Part shown: one piece after another, positions 61,182 through 64,000 of the stretch
How the letters are laid out: each line of letters begins with the position of its first letter
Numbering within the stretch: position 1 is the stretch's first letter
DNA from: Phaeosaccion multiseriatum
Lineage: Eukaryota > Protista > Ochrophyta, other classes
DNA length: 64,000 nt
Reading direction: 5' to 3'
NCBI GenBank assembly: GCA_965112735.1
Contig: OZ218961.1
Location: 2,480,001-2,544,000 of the forward strand
The notes under the pieces: model-generated
Seen by the model: the letters and a program-made list of their open reading frames with translations, nothing else
Database searches by the model: none
What the model was told of the DNA's origin: nothing
Position numbers and translations under genes: made by a program

Positions 61182-63417
61182 CCTCAACAGACTGGTGCAA
61201 GAGATGGGGTGCTTCCGAGACAAGAGCAAAAAGGCCGACATGAAACTCAAGAAGAACACGAGCGTCAACAACAACACCCCGGAGAAGTGCGCCTCCCAGT
61301 GTCAAGACTATCATTTCTTCGGCGTGCAGGTACGTCAAACGGTGTCAGGACCAAGGGGGTGCAGTTGTCAGTTTGCAGTTGATGTGACCTGATCAGTATC
61401 GAACATCCTTAAAAAATGTCGATATCGAATCTCTGCCTACTTACAGGGCTTTTACCGAGTTACCATTTGTCATTTTTCGTTAGTAAGTCAGGAAGGGGAC
61501 AGGACGAGTAGGGAGATTAAGTTGAAGTGCAGGTAGTGCGGGGTGTCAGGACCATTGCAGATTGGATGGTAATGGATATCAGGACTTTCCAGTTCCTAAG
61601 TCAGCAAGGTCGTATATTGTGTCAGGAGCATTGCAGGTTAGAAAGTGTTGGGTATCAGGACTATGGCAGGTTGGATGGTAAGGGGTGTCAGGACTTTCCA
61701 GTTCGTAAGTTCGTAAAGTCAGCAAGGTCGTAAGTTGCGACAGGACCATTGCAGGTTAGAGAGAACTGGTAAGGGGTGTCAGGACAGGACAAGGACCGAG
61801 GGGAAGGGGGGGGGGGCTCTAGGAAGAGAGAGAGGGACAAGGGACGAGGGGTGAATATATATATGGAGGTGAGAGGTCTGAGAGGGGGGAGAGGTGAGAG
61901 GGCGTGGAAGCTCTGTCCTCGACGAAAGAAAGAGCGCCTTCTGCTTTGGTCCGTCCTTTGGTCGTTCGGTTGTCGCTCTCTTCTCTTCCCCTTTGACGGT
62001 AGGGGGTGTGTGTGCGGATCGAAGACCGAGGATGACAGGTGTCAGGACTTTAGTGCGTAGAGTAAGCAGAGTGTCAGGACCAAGGGAAAGCGAGGGAGGC
62101 CCTTTAGCGTGTTTGGGTTCCCATCGCACCCAGCACACTCAACACACCCACGCCACGCCCACACACTCACGCATCCACACCCACACACACACGCACACGC
62201 ACCCACAGGACAATCGGTGCTTCTGCGACGACCGTTACGGCCGTTACGGCCACCGAGAAGGGTGCTCTTTGCCCTGCGCAGGAGACAGCAGCGCCAGCTG
62301 CGGATCCGTCAGTGGCAACAGGCAGAGCTCCGTCTACAGGTCTGGATATATATACATATGTGTGTGTGTGTGTGTGTGTGTGGGTGTGTGTTTGTGTTTG
62401 TGTGTGTGTGCGTGTGTGTGCGTGTGTGTGTGCGTGTTTGTGTGTGTGCGTGTTTGTGTGTGTGCCTGTACGTGTGCGTGTTTGTGTGCCCTCCCTCCCT
62501 CTCCCATCTCCCCTACTCACTCCCCCCCCCCCACCCGTCCCCACAGGAACCTCAACAAGCCTCACTCGGAGGAGTACGTCGGGTGCTTCAACGACGACAC
62601 CGAGGACAGAGCCCTCGAGTTCTCCATCGATCTGGGAGCAGGTGCGTGTGTGGTTGGGTCTAGTGTGGGTGCGTGTGTGGTTGGGTCTAGTGTGGGTGCG
62701 TGTGTGGTTGGGTCTAGTGTGGGTGCGTGTGTGGTTGGGTCTAGTGTGGGTGCGTGTGTGGTTGGGTCTAGTGTGGGTGCGTGTGTGGTTGGGTCTAGTG
62801 TGGGTGCGTGTGTGGTTGGGTCTAGTGTGGGTGCGTGTGTGGTTGGGTCTGGTGTGGGTGCGTGTGTGGTTGGGTCTAGTGTGGGTGCGTGTGTGGTTGG
62901 GTCTAGTGTGGGTGCGTGTGTGGTTGGGTCTAGTGTGGGTGCGTGTGTGGTTGGGTCTAGTGTGGGTGCGTGCGTCTCTGTGCCTCGTATTTGCGTCTGT
63001 CTGCCGGTCTTGATCCTCTCTTTGATAGTCTATTTTTTTCATGTTGTCTATCCTCCTCCTCATTCACCCTTCCTGCTTGTGTTCCCTCCCCTCCCCATAT
63101 GCCTCCACCGTACCCTCCTCCCCTCCCCTCCCCTCCCCTCCCCTCCTCTCCCCCCCCCTCCTCTCCTCTCCCCTCCTCCTGTCCTCCCCCCCCCCCCCAC
63201 CCCCTCCCCAGGCCTTACCCCGTCCTCATGCAGGGGTCAGTGTGCCGCTCGTGGCTTCGCCTTCTTGGGCCTCCAAGAGGGTACCCAATGTTGGTGCGGC
63301 AATGACGGTTTCGGAAAACATGGCACCTCTCGCAAGTGCAAGGTTCCCTGCTCCGGAAACGGCGATGCCATTTGTGGTGGAAGTGGCGGCAAGACCATGT
63401 CCGTATACTACGTCTAA
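50033..63417 (+). CDS. Secreted multidomain beta-1,3-glucan-active protein: signal peptide, PAN/apple-like domain, GH128 (Glyco_hydro_cc), Tos1/YJL171C (GH16-like) domain, Pro linker and five WSC domains; 23 exons, ~1,316 aa. Exons: 50033-50156, 50663-51075, 51327-51539, 51932-52066, 52299-52409, 52627-52888, 53324-53559, 54493-54592, 55088-55303, 55909-56063, 56426-56668, 56830-56945, 57082-57349, 57503-57581, 57828-57962, 58324-58478, 59121-59179, 59555-59783, 60111-60241, 61191-61329, 62209-62339, 62547-62641, 63212-63417
   Basis: Leader [19 protein letters not shown]-like [16 protein letters not shown]...CYLK. GH128 motifs [48 protein letters not shown]. Tos1 motifs [17 protein letters not shown]...[33 protein letters not shown] pattern Y/FxGCFxD...C...C...FGLQxGxxCxC...C..PCxG...CG...SVY occurs five times. 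Confidence 0.85.
50407..50660. repeat. (CCT)n tract directly before the 50663 acceptor
   Basis: Direct read. Confidence 0.95.
54826..55046. repeat. 10-bp minisatellite (CT(G/A)CCTTCCA), about 21 copies
   Basis: Direct read; intronic. Confidence 0.93.
55586..55828. repeat. (GGAA)n microsatellite, intronic
   Basis: Direct read. Confidence 0.95.
59983..60110. repeat. 19-bp minisatellite (GTCCTGACACCCACCCTC(T/G)), 7 copies, ending at the 60111 acceptor
   Basis: Units start at 59983, 60002, 60021, 60040, 60059, 60078 and 60097. The last unit ends CCCAG. Confidence 0.93.
60266..60985. repeat. (GGGA)n tract of ~700 bp with G-quadruplex potential, intronic
   Basis: Direct read; perfect from about 60350 to 60957. 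Confidence 0.96.
62641..62971. repeat. 27-bp minisatellite (GGTGCGTGTGTGGTTGGGTCTAGTGTG), about 12 copies, starting at a donor
   Basis: The first unit contains the real G|GTGCGT donor at 62641/62642. Confidence 0.95.
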
Positions 63418-64000
63418 TTGGGGATGTAATTTTTATCGGTGTACATGTTTTTTCTCACAATAATGTTCTATTGTTACGATAGATCATATTTTGTAGGCCT
63501 ATTTGTGTATTTGTTTCTTTTCCTCAATTGGTTGTCTATTTTCTCTTTCTTTGACGGTTACAACTGTCTTTTCACCTTGGCTTCCAATTGATGGATTGAG
63601 GGACTGATAAATTGATTCAGTGATTGATGGATTGATTGATTGATTTGAGTGAGCGGCTGGTTGATTAATTGATTGGTTGGTTGGTAGGTTGGTGGGTTGA
63701 TGGGTTGGTTGGTTGGTTGGTTGGTTGGTTGGTTGGTTGGTTGGTTGCTTGGTTGGTTGGTTGGTTGGTTGATTTGATTGATGGATTGATTAACTGGCAA
63801 TCATTAAAAGAAAGATTAAAGGCAAAAGTGAGTGAGTGAGGTTGTGAGTGTGACTGTATATGTATATTACGGGTGTGTTATGGAATATATTTTGATTAAT
63901 TAAAAAAAGTATGGACGGCACATGCACCGAGAGGGGCATGCCTCTCGAAGGAACGAAGGACGGCATGAGAGAAGGGCGAACAAATCTGCTCTGAGATTCA

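Overview
This is eukaryotic genomic DNA, probably from a photosynthetic stramenopile (ochrophyte). That assignment is inferred from a bipartite signal + 'AA-F' plastid presequence. The window holds seven intron-rich genes in strictly alternating orientation: the last exon of NDUFAF5 (+), MSH3 (-), a ~2,700-aa receptor-like beta-propeller/TM/TPR protein with a recent 3x ~1.48-kb internal duplication (+), an SH3-WW-IQ-HELP-WD40 EML-like protein (-), a class I heme peroxidase with a predicted thylakoid-lumen signal (+), tripeptidyl-peptidase II (-), and a secreted PAN-GH128-Tos1-5xWSC glucan-active protein (+). I reconstructed the exon chains by hand: 86 introns, all GT-AG, with reading phases summing correctly. 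Most ORFs in the supplied track are translations of microsatellites. Two signals are not explained by the gene models. (1) An 11-13 bp DNA word, GTA(T/C)CACCAAC(TG), occurs at least 16 times on both strands, in three reading frames and next to splice sites. (2) Most introns are polarised, with G-rich repeats at the donor end and often complementary C-rich repeats at the acceptor end. No tRNA, rRNA, CRISPR array or transposase was recognised.
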